DNA from: Lama glama
Taxonomy: Eukaryota
Direction: 5' to 3'
DNA: 64,000 nucleotides
Assembly (NCBI GenBank): GCA_028534125.1
Contig: CM052817.1
Span: forward strand, 4,032,001 to 4,096,000
Shown: piece by piece, positions 1 through 13,350 of the stretch
How the letters are laid out: each line of letters begins with the position of its first letter
Position numbering within the stretch: the stretch's first letter is position 1
Notes under the pieces: model-generated
What the model was told of the DNA's origin: nothing
The model's database searches: none
Seen by the model: the letters and a program-made list of their open reading frames with translations, nothing else
Program-made: the position numbers and the translations under genes

Positions 1-9
1 CTTCACTGC

Positions 10-1625
10 AAAGACTTTTAAAAAGATGTTATTCCGTGCAATAAACGGCATCTCCTTTAAGTGTGGAGTCCCATAGTTCTGACAGCTGCGGATGCTCATG
101 AGACCACCACCAGAATTAAGATCAGAACATTTCCATCACCCCCGCCCAGATTTCCTTGTTCCATTGTGTGTCTGTCCCCTGCTCTGTTCCATGTCCCAGT
201 GACCACTGATTTGCCTCTTGACAGTGTGTATTAGTTTGCACTTTCCAGAATTTCATGTAAGTGGAGTAATAATAAACGCCTTGCTTCTTCCACGCGGCAT
301 ATTCATTGTGACATCCATCCTGTTGTTGAACGTATCGATAGTTTGCTCTTGTTCATTATTCCTGAGTAGCATTCCATTACATGGGTCTGTCACAGTTGGT
401 CCATTTACTTGTTGATGAACAGGTGATAACGGATGGTTTCCAGTTTTGAGCTACTGTGGGCGAAGCTGCTGTGAACACGTCTGTGTGTTCCTGGGCTTCC
501 ACTGCTCTGGGTAAGGAGAATGGCTGCGACATGGGGTAGGCGTATGCTTAACTCGTAGGACGCTGCTAAGCTGTTTCCCAAAGGGAGGGTGTGGTTGTGT
601 GTTCCCGCTGGCAATGAAGGAGATTTCTGGTTGCACCACATCTTCACCAACTCGAGTATTATCAGTCTTAAATTTGAGCCTTTCTGAGGGGTACAGCCTG
701 GGGTCTCACTCTGATTTTAACTTGCATTTCCCTGGTAACTAATGACATTGAGCATCTTTTCATGTGTTTATTGGTCATTCATATATTTTGCTTTGAGAAG
801 TGTCTGTTCAGTCTTTTGCCTGTTTTTTTTGTTGTTGTTGTTGTTGTTGGGGGCAGGTAATTAGGTTTATGTATTTGTTTTAATGGAGGTAGTGGGAACT
901 GAACCCAGGACCTCATGCATGCTAGGCAAGCGCTCTGCCACTGAGCTATATCCTCCCCACCGTTTTACCTGTTTTTAACTAGGTGGTTTGTGTTCTTACT
1001 ATTGAGTTATATGAGGACCACATACATTCTGGATACGAGCGATTTTTCAGATGTGCGGATTTGCGAATATTTTCTGTCATTCCATGCCTTGCCTTTTTGT
1101 TTTTATAATGGTTTCTTTCAATGAGCAAAAGTTTTAAATTTTTATAAAGTCCAGTTTTTGCATTTTTTTCCTTTTGTTGTCCATGTTTTTTATGTCTTGT
1201 CTAAGAAATCAAAGTTGCAAAGATTTTCTTCTGGAAGTTTTTTTAGTTTTAGCTTTTATATTTAGGTCTCACTTCAACATTTATATTTTGATGCATTTCA
1301 ACATAATTTTATATATGGCATAAGGTAAGGGTAGATGTTTATTTTTTCCCATGCATTTATTTATTTACTGGAAAGACCATCTTTTCCTCATTGAATTGCC
1401 TGAGTCCTTTTAACAGAAACCGATTGACCATGGATTTGAGGGTCTATTTCTGGATTCTCTGTTTGTTATATTGATCTTTGTGTCTGTCTTTTTATCAATA
1501 CCACACTGGCTTGATTGCTCTGGATTTATAGTAAGTCTTTAAATCAGATTGGCTAAGTCCTCCAACTTTGTTTTTTTGTTTTGTTTTGTTTTTTGTAAAA
1601 TTGTTTTGGCTATTCTATGTCCTGT
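10..1625 (-). mobile_element. Old L1 (L1M-type) 3' region, antisense, interrupted by a SINE
   Basis: T-rich sequence with typical antisense L1 phrases (catttccctggtaactaatgacattgagcatcttttcatgtg; gagaagtgtctgttca); boundaries approximate. Confidence 0.85.
828..962 (-). mobile_element. tRNA-derived SINE, camelid Vic-1-like
   Basis: Reverse strand reads GGGGAGGATATAGCTCAGTGGCAGAGCGCTTGCCTAGCATGCATGAGGTCCTGGGTTCA (A and B boxes) with an (AAC)n/A tail; ~14-bp TSD ttttgcctgttttt (814-827) / ttttacctgttttt (963-976). Confidence 0.85.
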
Positions 1626-1644
1626 TCTAATCCCAACACATGTT

Positions 1645-1800
1645 CACTCATTTAATCCTTATAACCCTCTGAAGCAGATGTGAGTGTGCAACCCATTTTA
1701 CAGATGAGGAAGCTGAGGTTCCAAGGGGAAGAGTGACTTTCCTAGGTAACTTAGAGGCAGAAGTGAGGTTTGAGCCTGGGGCGTCTGGCTGCAGCTTCCT
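1645..1800. mobile_element. MIR SINE (one example of many; others near 3130, 4120, 5200-5530, 7890, 10760, 13800, 17300, 18110, 21660, 23900, 26090, 30900, 32150, 34730, 40160, 41680, 51940, 55680, 60280)
   Basis: MIR core cccattttacagatgaggaagctgaggt; boundaries approximate. Confidence 0.8.
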
Positions 1801-4800
1801 GCCCCTAACCACTCGGTGGCACTGCCCTCTCTTTCGGGGTCTGCCCAGTCCCTGTGCAGACCTCCCCCTGCACCTGTGAGGCTGCAAAGAGTTTATCAGT
1901 TTCCTTGTCCATCTTCCTCTAAGCCGTGGACTCCACGAAGTCAGAGACTTCCTGGATACCCATTGCTGTGGCCCAGCCCCAGGCTCCTGTGCAGGGAAGA
2001 CGTGTGGTGAATGTTGGGTGAAGGAGTGGACGCGTGGGCAGATGAAGTCCATTCAGAAAGGGGTGCCAGTCAGCTCTGGCAGCTGGAGGACCAGGCCTCT
2101 GCCCGCCCAAAACCTCGGCTGGGAGCTCTTGTCCTGATGTACAGGAGGAGGCAGAATCCTGCGGCCTAGGCTGGCAGAGGGGACGGAGAGGCTGCCGCTC
2201 TCCCAGGGACGCGGGGATCGCCGGGTGGAGGGCTGAACCCGCCTCCAGGCTGGCCCGCACCTGCTGTTGAGACAGAGATACTTAATACGCTTCTACAAGA
2301 GAAGGGGGAGAGCAAAGGAGGGGAAAGGAGCCAGGGCCTGCAGACACCCCCTCCCGGCCAGCGCAAGACACGCTGGGGCTGGCGGGGCCTCTGCGAAGCT
2401 GCGGGAACAGGTGTCCCTCAGGAGGGCAGAATGAGAGCAGGGCGGCTGGAACTGGGTGCTGCTGTGCCCACGATGTCCGATGCCCGTCTCCTCTGGCTCC
2501 CGTTCATCCTGCCTCTCTTCCTCCTCCGGCTCAAACCTAGGAGGTCAGTGGATGGGGAGGAGGCCCACCGTCACCTGGCCGTCCCTGAAGCCCCGTTCCC
2601 TCACCCTGCACCCATAGCCTCAGACTCACACAGCACTGAGAACATCACCCAGATTTTTTTTCCCCAGGCAGTAAAGTTGTGTTTTCTGAAGCCAGGCCCC
2701 GGCGTTCCCCGCTGGGGTGATGGTGGCTCACAGCCGGGGACGAGCAGTGGGTCTGGTCCTGGCGTCTGAGAGGCTGGACCGGCTCGGGGTGGGGCTGCAA
2801 GGGAGGGCGAGGGTTCTGCTGATGAGTCATGGAATTCCCAGGGGCCACGCTGCCCTCGGCCGGCCAGCAGTCGGGTTGTGGGGAGAGTCTCGCCCAGAGG
2901 CTGAAGACTGGGCCTTAGTCCTGATTCGGGGTTCCTGCCAGTGTGAATCGGGGGGCTCCTCTTGCCCAGGGTGTGTTGGAGCTGCCTCATGTCAGGAATT
3001 GTGTGAGCTGGTTGATAAACCACGGGTGGCTTGAAGCCCCCAGACTCAGTGAACGCTACAACTTAGGGTGTTTTCTCCCCCACCCCACCGCGAAGAGCCA
3101 GGGCTCCGCCGTTCACCAGCGCACCATGACCCTCCCTCCTGAAGCCTCAGTTTCCTCATCTGAAAATGGGGGCAAAGAATGTAGCCCCTTAAGTCTGCCC
3201 CAGTCTGTAACTGAGGTCCTGGGTGTGCGGCACTGCGGGTGGGTGCAGTGTGATGCCACATGTAAGGGCGGTCACCATGCTGACCGCCACTTACCTACTC
3301 AGCAGTGGCTGAATAACACGCTTGGGACGGGAGTTTGTGTCTCCAGGAAGAACCCAGGAAAGGAACCCAGAAGCCACAGCAGACGGGGCAGAGGAGGCCT
3401 CCACACCTGCCTGGCCCCACAAGTCCCACCTGAGGGTGCCTCAGTTTGCTTATCTCTATAATGGCCACGAGGATCCTGGGGTGGGAAGGGGTGTTGGTGT
3501 GGTCGGGTGCAGGCAGGAGGCAGGAGGCTGGAGGCTGCAGCACCGTCAGTATCCGTGGACGTGCACGGCTGTCCTGTGGGGGTGGGACCTGGGGCTGGAC
3601 TGTCCCGCTTCACCATGTCAGGAGCACAGGCCCTGGAGTCCAGCCAGTGCAGAGAAGCTGCCAGCTCCCAGGCTGAGGACAAGTTCAACCCTTGGAGCCT
3701 CAGTTTCCCCACGTGGAAATGGCAGAATGCCACAAACCCATTGCACTGCTGCGGGCGGATTCACACCATGGGGGAGGCGCCTGGCTGGTGCTCAGCCCCT
3801 GGTGGGCTCCCAGCCAGTATGACCCCCCCAGACCCCAGCATACCCCCCGGAGACTCAGTGTGTCATCAGGATAGGAACATCTCCAGAGCCACTTCTTGTC
3901 CGAGGGGAAGGGTTGTGCCAGTGGCCTTGAGGCTGGAAAGGGGACTCTCGGGGGAATTGGGACTCAGTCCCGCCAGGGAGCCAGGCAGCCATTGTGGTGG
4001 CCTATGGAGCTCCCACCAGCGAACTGGGTCCCACAGAGACGGCAGCGTCAAAATCAGCGGGCCTCTGTGCTGGGCCCTGTGCTGAGCCTTTACCCACGGC
4101 GTCCCATTGCACAGGCACCATCATGCTCATTTTATAGGCGAGGAAACTGAGCCTCCAAAGGTTGAGCTGACAGTGGTTCACAGCCAGGGCAGACGTGGAG
4201 CAAATCCTACCCTACCCGTCTGCCTGCCAAGCGCACCCCAGGGTGCCTCTGACGACGGAACGATCCTGCTGTTCCAGCCCCTCTTGTGGGGGTGCCGTGG
4301 ACACTGTCATCCCTTACCAGACTGTCACTCAGGGACTGAGACCCGGGGCCCTGCAAGAGGAAAGGGGAGGAAGAGCAGGCTGGCTGTGTGTGCATAATGG
4401 GCAGTGTTTGCTGTCCCCCACGGAACACAGGACAGACCAGTGGGTGAAGGGGCTGCCAGGTGCCCATCTGGGCCCCCTCTCAGTTCCCGTTGCCTGAGTG
4501 GGGTCTCACACTTGGTCAGGGCTCAGTAAATACTTGTCGAGTAAATAACTGGCTCCATTGAGGTGCCTAAAGGGTGCAGGTCATGCTGGGAGTGGAGAGA
4601 CAGGGCCGTGAGGTCAGTGGGAGCCATAGAAGGCTCTAGGGAGGGTCGCGGTGGATCAGCTTCCAGTTTCAACAGCGTCCGTCTGGCACAGGGGTGGCCC
4701 AGGCCAGGACGAAGGCAGATGACCCAAAGGGGAAGCAGCCACAGTCATCCAGGAAAGAAGGGATGATGGCCTAGGCCGGGGCAGAGGCAGGAGAGGCAGA

Positions 4801-5587
4801 CAGGGCCTGGCCGGCTGTGCTAACCATGACCTCAGCACCCAGCTCAATGCCTGAGCCCCGTCTCCTGACCTGGAACAGATACAGGCCTGCCTGGCGAAGG
4901 GTAAGATGACACGCTGATGGGGTGGGGCCTGAAAGATGGGTTCTTGTCACAGAGCCATTTGGCCGCCAGCTGGTTGGGGTCTGAGGAACCAGTCCAGCCT
5001 GAGCGGAGAAGACGGGGCCTGGGGCCCCAGGTGCTGGGAGGACAGAAGCCATCCCGGCCAGCTGGCTGGGCCCAGACACTAGCAGTCAGTCTGCATCAGC
5101 ATCAGGCCTCTGCCCTCCTCGCGGCGGGTTCCTCACGCGACACGGGACAGCACATTACAGTTTGCAGAGCCCTCCAGCGAAGGCAGCTCTTACGGTCACC
5201 CTCGCACAGATGGGGAAACTGAGGGGGAAAATGACAGCCCGAACAGGGTGGGATTCAAAGCCAGGTCCCCCCCAGCAGCTAACTCTCCAGATCGTAAACC
5301 CCCTCTCTCTCATTTATTAATGCTTCCTTTCCCCACTGTCTTTCAATATCCAGACAGTTCTGATTTGGTTCATATGTGTAATAATAATATACTACTAATC
5401 ACAGCTAACAATTTCTGAGCAGTTTCTTGTTGCCTCATTAAATCCTCACGATCAACCCTGAGATGATAGTATTGTATCCATTTTAAAGATCAGGAAACTG
5501 AGGCACAAAAATGTCTGTAACTTGCTAAGAATCAAGCAGCCCCACTAAAGTGGGGCTCTCTCACTCCCAAACCTCTTAGCACTCTAC

Positions 5588-5700
5588 CAGGGGCTCTCAA
5601 ACCCAGTGCATCCCTAAAGAACCCTCAAAATGCAGATTCCAGGTGCCAGGAATTCTGATCCGAGGGTCTGGGCAGAGCCGGCCCTGGGCACCTTCTTTAG
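5588..5700. mobile_element. MER5-like hAT DNA transposon relic
   Basis: caggggctctcaaac...aaaatgcagattccagg...ttctgatccgagggtctggg pattern. Confidence 0.5.
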
Positions 5701-6354
5701 GAGAGAATCCCGGGAAATTGTGCTGTGGGGCTTTCAGGAGCTTGTGCCCGAGCAAGCAGGCAGGAGGTCAGTGGTCTTTTGGTCTCCCTCGCCTTGATCC
5801 TGTCCGGAGGCCACCTGGCCGTTTGAGGGGGTCTGATTGAGGGCCGGTCCCTGGAGGGCTCTGCCGCAGTCAGCCCTGGGGAGTCACCCCTGCTGTGCGC
5901 ACGATCCAGCCTGGCCGAGCATCAGACCCAGCAGGCTGACTGGGTCCTGCTGACTGCAGACAAATCCACAGCTGCCTTGTCCCTTGCTCTCCAAGCCCAT
6001 CTGCCTCTGCACCAGCCAGGCCGACAGCCACTCAGCAAGGGCCCATCTGGGCTGGCAGGGAGGAGCTGACTGCCGCAGCCTGTGGCCTTGCTCACACCCT
6101 GACCCTCCCAGAGCGCCCGCTGTAGGGGCAGTGCTGTCCCACCCTCCCTCCAGCTCCTGCAGTAGCCTCTCGGCAGAGCTGGGAGCAACCACGGGTCAGG
6201 GGACCAGGGACACAGGGCCATTCATAGGGGCTCCCAACTCCTCCCCACCCAAGCCTTCTTCTGGGGCCTGGGTTTCTACTTGAAGAGCATGAGACCTGTC
6301 TTTAAAACCATCATGATCACTGTGGAATATGATTCAGCCAGGAAAAGGACGGGC

Positions 6355-6695
6355 ATTCCGATTCAGGTGACATGGATGGACCTTGAAAACATGATGCTGA
6401 GTGAAAGAAGTCAGATGCGAAAGGCCACACTCTATACGATTCCATTTATGTGAAATGTCCAGAATTGGCAAATCCTTAGAGACAGAAAATAGATGAGTGG
6501 TTGCCAGAGGCTGGTGGGTGGAGGGATGGGGAATGCCTGCTAGCAGGTGTGGGGTTTCTGTATGGGGTGCTGGGGAAGTTCTGGAGTAGGTCAGGGTGAT
6601 GGGTGCATAACACAGTGAATATACTAACCCCCTGAAATGGTGAATTTTATGGTATCTGAATTCCATCTCAATTTTTTAAATTCTAAAATAAAAAC
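6355..6695 (+). mobile_element. L1MB-like 3' end
   Basis: catggatggaccttgaaaacatgatgctgagtgaaagaagtcaga...gattccatttatgtgaaatgtccagaattggcaaatcc; A-rich tail. Confidence 0.85.
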
Positions 6696-6979
6696 TACAA
6701 AATCATCGTGATATCAATGCCTCTCCTAACAGACGAGGAAGCAGAGTGAGGCCCAGAGAGGGAAACCGCATCAAGTAAGTGAGCGGCAGGGGTGAGACGG
6801 CAGCTCTGCCCCCAACCCCTACACCTGCCTGGCGAGCATCTGCTTCTCCAGTGTTTACTTAATGAACCTTTCCCAACAGCCGCTCGTGTGCGAGGTCCTG
6901 GACAGGCCACAGGAGGGACTATGCCTGCCCCTGGAAGAGCTTACCTGTGTTGCCAAGAGACACTGCTAGTGAGAGGCGC

Positions 6980-7510
6980 ACATAAGGATAGGAGTGTTAA
7001 ACGCACATCAGATCATGGCTCCCCAGCTCAAAATGCTACGTGGGTCCTTCTTTCACTTAAATAAAAGCCCAAGTTCTTCTTTGCAAGGCCCAGGGACCTG
7101 GCCCAACCCGCCCACTGAGCTCATGTCCTGCCTCTGTCACCTTCATACACCCACTGCCCTCCTTGCTGACCAACAACAGATTAAACTCTCTCTTACCACA
7201 GGGCCTTTGCAGACGCTGTGCCCCCAGATATCTGTGTGGCTCCCTCCCTTCTCTTCAGATCGCTGATCAAATGCCCCTCCTCCAGGAAGTCTTCCCTGAC
7301 TGCCCTAACTAAAACAGCACCTCCAGCCCTCCCATCCTTTATCATACTTCAATTTTTATCTTAGCTCTTATCTCCTCCCCAGAAAAATAATATATATATG
7401 AAAATTTGCTGATTGTCTGTCTTCTCCATAGAGAGTGAGCTACTTGTGGAAAGTATGCACTGCTGAGTTCCCAGTGTATGCAGCAGGGTGTGGGATACAG
7501 TAGGTCCTCA
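6980..7510. mobile_element. L2 fragment (other L2 relics near 15540-15900, 27510-27900, 31700-31900, 35570-35990, 45400-45760, 50000-50420, 53130-53260, 59160-59230)
   Basis: cagggcctttgca...tcaaatgcccctcctccaggaagtcttccctgac L2 3' motifs; (GAAT)n/(ATTC)n tails at several copies. Confidence 0.7.
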
Positions 7511-7511
7511 A

Positions 7512-7690
7512 TTTTTTTAAGTTAAACTTCTGATCGCAGTAAAATATACATAAAATAAAATTTCTGACTTTATCTTCAAGTGTACAATCCAGTGGAATAA
7601 CCTCCATTCCCAGTGCTGTGCAGTCATCACCAGTTTCCATTTCCAGAACCTTTTCATCATCCCAAACAGAAACTCTGTACCTTTTTTTTT
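7512..7690 (-). mobile_element. L1MB-like 3' end, antisense
   Basis: aagtgtacaatccagtgg...ttccagaaccttttcatcatcccaaacagaaactctgtacc. Confidence 0.75.
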
Positions 7691-10600
7691 GAGTCTTTTA
7701 TCCAACAGTCCACATTAGAAACATCCAACTCTAGCCAACATTTTCCCTTTAAACGGTAACTTAAACCACAGTTCCCCATTATTATTCTTTTGAATGAATA
7801 AGTCAGCAGTGAGCATATTGCCTGGGCACCTGCCATGTGGTCGGTGATACGCAGATAAACCCTCCAGCAGCCTTGGAGGGTGTGTGTGTGGCCATCTCTG
7901 TTTCACAGACGATCATATTAACTCAGAGAGGTGGAGTGTCTTGTCCAAGGTCACACAGCCAGTAAGAGTGGGATTCGAACACAGGTCACCCCCCTTTACA
8001 GGCAGTGCCAGTACCAGGGAATAACAATGCTGTAAGGACATAACCTCCACCAGCCGCAGGCCCACCGGCTCCTCCTCAGCCAGGCTGCCCTTTCCTGTCC
8101 CTCTCCCCAAAGGTCATTTTTTGAGCCAGACACTCCCAGCATCCTCAGCTCTGACCACCAGTAAACAGGCACATTTGGGGACCACAATTCAAGGTTCCAA
8201 CATTCCATTTTACCTGGAGCTCTTGGGATCATTAAATTGTTTTTTCAGCCTTTAAAATTAGTCAATACTTTTTAAAGGTTTACGTGACTTACCATCCCTG
8301 GGGTCTCCTGCTGGCTGTGTTTCCCTCTTATGAAGCTGGCTCGATGGAGGTGCTGCTGGGTCCAGGGCTCACCCGGATGGCCCTTGTGGGACATGGACAG
8401 GGTGGAATGAAGCACCGTGGGCGAGTTTCCAGCACAGCACCTAGCCCTCAGGCCTCTGGATCTGTGTTCCCATCCCCTTGCATCCTCAGAACAGGAAGAG
8501 GTGTGACTTTAGATGGGAGCCAACCTGCCCAGGGTCACCACTAAGAAAGAGGTGGGCTAGGGGTCTGACCCCAGGTGTGGGCTGGGGCCACAGCTCTGGT
8601 GCGATTCCAGAAGGCAGTATGACCAACCCCATCTCCCACCTGGGGGCACCTGGGGATGGACACCCCTTTCCTGCCCCTCACAGGCAGAGCCCAGAGTCCT
8701 GGGTGGGAGGTGGTGGCTGGGACCTGCTCCACACAAACCCTTCCAGACCTCTCAGCAGCCCCTTCACATCTTCCAGCCAAGTGACCCAGGCACTGTCCGG
8801 GGAGACCTGCCGTGGCCCGGCCACAGCATCCCAGCTCTCCCAGCCCAGCCTCTGACCCCAGCCCAGGAGCTGCCCTCACTCTCCACCAAGTTCACGCTGC
8901 AGGATGAGCTTCTCACCAGACCTGCTTGGGGGTCGGTGGGTGAGAGGGACAAAATGTAGGTGTTCTGCAGCAGCAATGTGACCGTTTCCCCCAGCTGGTG
9001 CCGGCAGCCACAGCGAGCCAGGTGCTCGCTCCAGGTGAGAGCAGAGGTGCACGTCAGGTGTGGACCATGAGCTCAGCGCCTCTGTGGTCTCGTCTCCACC
9101 CTCGTCTTCATCAGACCTCAGGGAGATGGTCTTCCTGCCCTGGGGAGGACTCAGGCAGGGCCACACCTTTCTGATCACCCTCGGAGAGCTAAGTGGCCTT
9201 TTGTCACACATCCACCATGAATGTCCAGTCCCAGGTAACAGTCCAGACTCGAGCGAGACGTGGCATTTCCCCTCCTGTGCCCCTGCACCAGGGCCTGCTC
9301 GTGCCGGAGGCTGGTGCGGGGGAGGGACCCGGGGTCCTGCGGCTTCTGCCCGCCCCCTCCCCACTCTGATCGGCTGCGAGGCTGCTGGGGGCAACCCTGC
9401 TCTGGGTGGGCCTGGCAGGTGGACACAGCTGGCCGTTTCTCTCTTGGGTCCTTTGCTGGGAGGTCTGGAAGTTCCCCGCCAAGCCACCTCCAGCAGAGCC
9501 GCTGGCCTGGGCAGTCACGGCTGCACGTTCAGTGGTTTTCCTCAGCCCCTGGGCGCAGTGGCCTCTCTGCTGCGGTCCCAGCTCCCTGGAGAGCCCGCAG
9601 ACCACACTAGGCAGCGCTCGGTGGCTTCAAACAATGAGCACACGCTTTCGCGCGAGTCTGCGTCAGCCGGGCGTCTCCTCGCGGCTTGGCGGTGCTCGCT
9701 GTCCGGTGCGGTGGCTGTGGGTCAGGCAGGTGTGTCTGCTGTGTTTGCTGGGCTCGCTGCCGTGTTCCGGGATGGACTTGCCGTCCAGCCTAGGATGGCC
9801 TCGGCTGCCTAGCTCGTCCACGCCCGCATGGTCTCTCATCGTCCAGCAGCCTAGCCTGGGGTGGCCGCCGTGGACGGAGCAGGGCTTTGAGGGAGAGCGA
9901 AAGCTGAAGGCCTGTGAGGCCTAGGCTTGGGCCAGCACTTCCTCTGCATCCTGTCGGCCAAAGACAGTCACAGGCCCGTGCGGTGTTAAGGATGGGCCAA
10001 CGGTCTCCATTTCTGGACAGGAGGGGCCGAGAAGTCATGTTGTAGAGGATGTGGATACAGGAAGCCACCGACGGGGCATCAGCACCACAAGTCTGCCGAT
10101 CTCCCTTGCTCCTCAGGACCCCACCCCTGTGTCACTGTTTCCAGGAGGCCCTCTTGGAGACTGCCCCTCCCCATCCTGAAGGCATCACCTCCCCCGCCAC
10201 CTCTTCCCCTCCCGTGCATCTCCCTGGACCCGGAGCAGCCTTTGAGGGCAGGCCTGACCTCTCTCGTCTCCTCGTCTCCAGGGTCCAGCCTGGACCTTCC
10301 TCCCATGCAAGCCCAGAGGAGATGCTGGGTAGGCTTGTTCCCAGAGTCCCATCCCAGGCTGACGCCGGGCACACCAAGCCTCCTTCCTCTCCCCAAGCTC
10401 TTCCATTCAGCAGCAGACAGGACCTGTTTGCTCTCTGCCTCCCTCCTCATCAGCCCTGGTGCTTCTGACAGCTCTAATTAAATGCAGCAGTCCCATCTGA
10501 GGGATCAAGCTGGGCTTTTTCAGGGCCCCCTCTCAGTCGTGAGCTCTGACTCCGTTGGATCATTAACGGTGTCGACAGTACTTCCCGTGATGGATAGTGA

Positions 10601-10974
10601 TGGACGAGCGAGGGGAGGAGTCCCCCCGACAGGCATCTTGATCTCCTCCCCGACGTGGCAGGCCTCTGCCGGAGTTCCCAGGGAGCTTTCCAGCCCATGG
10701 AATCATTTGGATTTCACATAAACCCGAGGAGAGCTGCGGCCAGGCAGGCATGGCAGCTCCTATTTTATGGGTGAGACAGATGGGCTCAGAGAAGGTGCGA
10801 TTTGGGTGAGGTCACACAGCTAATATGTACCAGGGCTGGAACTGGAATACCTTCCTCTTGATGAAAAAGCATCCTTGACAGTGGGCACCTCTGAGATTCA
10901 AGGGCTGGTCCCCCCTCACGGGGCCCCAGGAGCGACCTGTGTCCTCAGGGCGTTGCCTGCCCAGCCTCTTGTTC

Positions 10975-11410
10975 TGCTCTGTTCTCCCTGCTGGTCGGGG
11001 CCTCTGTGACAAGCTAGCACACGCTCAGTAGCTTAAAACAGCAGAGGCTTATTCCCTTATGGTTCTGGATGCCAGAGACTGAAGTCAAGGCTCACGCTGA
11101 AGGTTCCAGGGAAGAGTCTGGCGGGCCCCTTCCAGCTCCTAGTGGCGGCCAGCCTCTTTGGTGTTCTTTGGCTTGTAGCTGCATCACTCCAGTCTCTGCC
11201 TGCCTTGTCTCTTGGCCTTCCCCCTGCGTGTCTCTGTGCCCCTGTGTCTTCACATGGCTTTCTTATCAGGACACCAGTCATTGGTTTAGAGCCCACATAA
11301 TCCAGTATGATCACATCTTATGCGACCCAATTTCCAAATAAGGTCACAGTCACACGTGCCAGGAGTTAGGATATCAACATATGTTTTGGGGGGACCCAGT
11401 CAGGGTCTGT
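10975..11410 (-). mobile_element. MaLR LTR (MLT1-type)
   Basis: gcttaaaacagcagaggcttattcccttatggttctgga...tttccaaataaggtcacagtcac. Confidence 0.8.
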
Positions 11411-11889
11411 GACTGCCCGTTGCTGGCTCCGTCTCTCACTGTAGACCTGTCACCGGGCTGGTCAGTTGAGACGCCACCTCTGACTGCTCCCTGAGCCTGT
11501 GCTGGACCACTGGGTTCCCAAAGCAGGCGGCGGCTCTGGGCTTCCACTGATAAGGCTGCGTTGTCCCCAGTCCCCAGGGGTTGACTGGTGCCTCTTTGTC
11601 CAACGGTCCAAGCTACCTCTTCCAACTCTGCCTCACCATTCGGGGGACTCCCAAAGCTGCAGCAGAAAGAAAAGGGGACCTCACAAGTAGAAGAACACCA
11701 TGGGCTTTCATGGGATTGTCCCTCGTCCACAACTGGGTGACTTGGAGCACCCACCAGTCATCGGCGGGCTTGGTGGACCTCACCCAGGGGCTGAGTTGGG
11801 ACCCTGAGCCCGAGGCATCAGCCAGTGACACTTGAGGCCCTGCAGTGGGGAAACAGTCGCCCCTGAGATGAAATCACTGGTCCCTGGAG

Positions 11890-13350
11890 AGCTTTCACCA
11901 AAATGTCTTTATTTGCCGTTCATTCTTGAAGAGTATTTCTACTGGATACAGAAGTCTGGGTTTACAGGTTTTTAAATTTTCCTTCAGCACTTTAAAAAGC
12001 CTTCTAGACTCTTGTTATTTCTGATGAGAAATTTGCAGTTATTTGAGTCACGGTGCCTCAATATAATATGTGGTTTTTGTTCTCGCTGCCTACAAAATTT
12101 TATCATTGTGTTGACTTCCAGCAGTTTGACGTTTAGGTGTGGTTTTCTTGGTATTTGTCCTGCTTGGACTTCGCTGAGCTTCCTAAATTTGCAAATGGAA
12201 GTCTTTTACCATATTGGGCATAATTCAGCCATTGTTTCTTCTACTGTGCTCTCTCCTCTCCTTCTAGAACTCCAAATACATGTGTGTTAGACTTTGTGAT
12301 GTTGTCCCACGGATCCCTGAGGATCTGTTCTTTTTCTTTTTAAATTTCTTTTCTTTCTGTTCTTCAGGTGTGGTAATTTCTATTGCTATACCTTCAAGTT
12401 CACTAACTCTTCTGTCATCTCAAATTTTCTGTTAAGCAGTTCAGTGGTTCTCATATATTGTGTTTTTCCATTCTAGATTGTCCATTTAGTTATTTTTTAC
12501 AGCTTCTATTTCTTGGTTGAAATTCCCTTTCTTTTCGTGACGTAAGAGCAAATTTTCCTTTATATTCTTGGACATAGTTATAATAGCTACTTTTACAGTC
12601 TTCATTTGCTAATTCCAATATCCAGACTTCGGGGTCTGTTTCCTTAATTGTCTTTGTATTAAGTATGGGTGATGTTTTCCTATTGACTTGTGTATTTTCA
12701 TATAATTTTGGATTATATCTTGGATGTTGTGAGAGGCTCTAGATATTTTGTATTGTCCATCCAAAGAGCGTTTCTGTTTTGTTTTACATTTGTAAGCAGT
12801 TAACTTGGTTGAACTCAACTATGAACTCCATCCCAGCAGGATCCCAGGTCACTTCTTTTAGCCTTAGCACCTCTGCATGGAGTCTGTTGTGTGCGTGTGC
12901 AGTTTGTAGCCAGCTGAAGGTTCAGGTAGAGTTTATGTGCTGCCTTTGGGGGCTCTTCTGTAGACTCAGTTTCTGGGATTAACTACCTCATTTTCCAGCT
13001 ACTAGGATTTTCCCAGATTCTCTCTTCTGGTTTATCGAGCCTACCGATGTGACTTTCTATCTGAGTTTCAGCAACCACATAGCACAGACTGGCACCTGTC
13101 CTCAGGCCAAAAGCCATGAAAATGGGAAACTCACCCAGTGCTGCCTCTTCTTCCAACTGTTGTCTCCCCAGCAGTGTCTGCCATCCAGTGAGGGGCACAT
13201 AGTGGGCATGAGACCATAGTTGTAGGAGAGACCACTGTACAGCCAGGGGCAGGGGGGCGGCAGAAGGAGGTCTCTCCAAGAGGGCTCCCGGGGGAGGTGG
13301 CATTGGGGCTGGGATGTGTCAAACATCCAAAATGAGAGGATGGACTTTCC
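11890..13350 (-). mobile_element. Old L1 (L1M/L1MC-type) internal and 5' fragment, antisense
   Basis: T-rich: aaatgtctttatttgccgttcattcttgaagagtattt...ttcagcactttaaaaa...cttcaagttcactaactc; boundaries approximate. Confidence 0.7.

Noticed and set aside
828..962. tRNA gene (A/B box sequence; also 36201-36280)
   Set aside because: A-rich tails and target-site duplications mark these as SINEs; no convincing cloverleaf.
6355..7690. Inverted L1MB-like 3' ends about 0.8 kb apart as a dsRNA hairpin
   Set aside because: Old, visibly diverged copies with short overlap; a stable duplex is doubtful.
8876..9924. Overlapping long ORFs on both strands (203-250 aa), and similar ones at 3507, 39321, 41180 and 57166
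   Set aside because: Low-complexity P/G/A/R/S-rich translations expected from GC-rich DNA; no recognisable domains or exon structure, and many use non-ATG starts.
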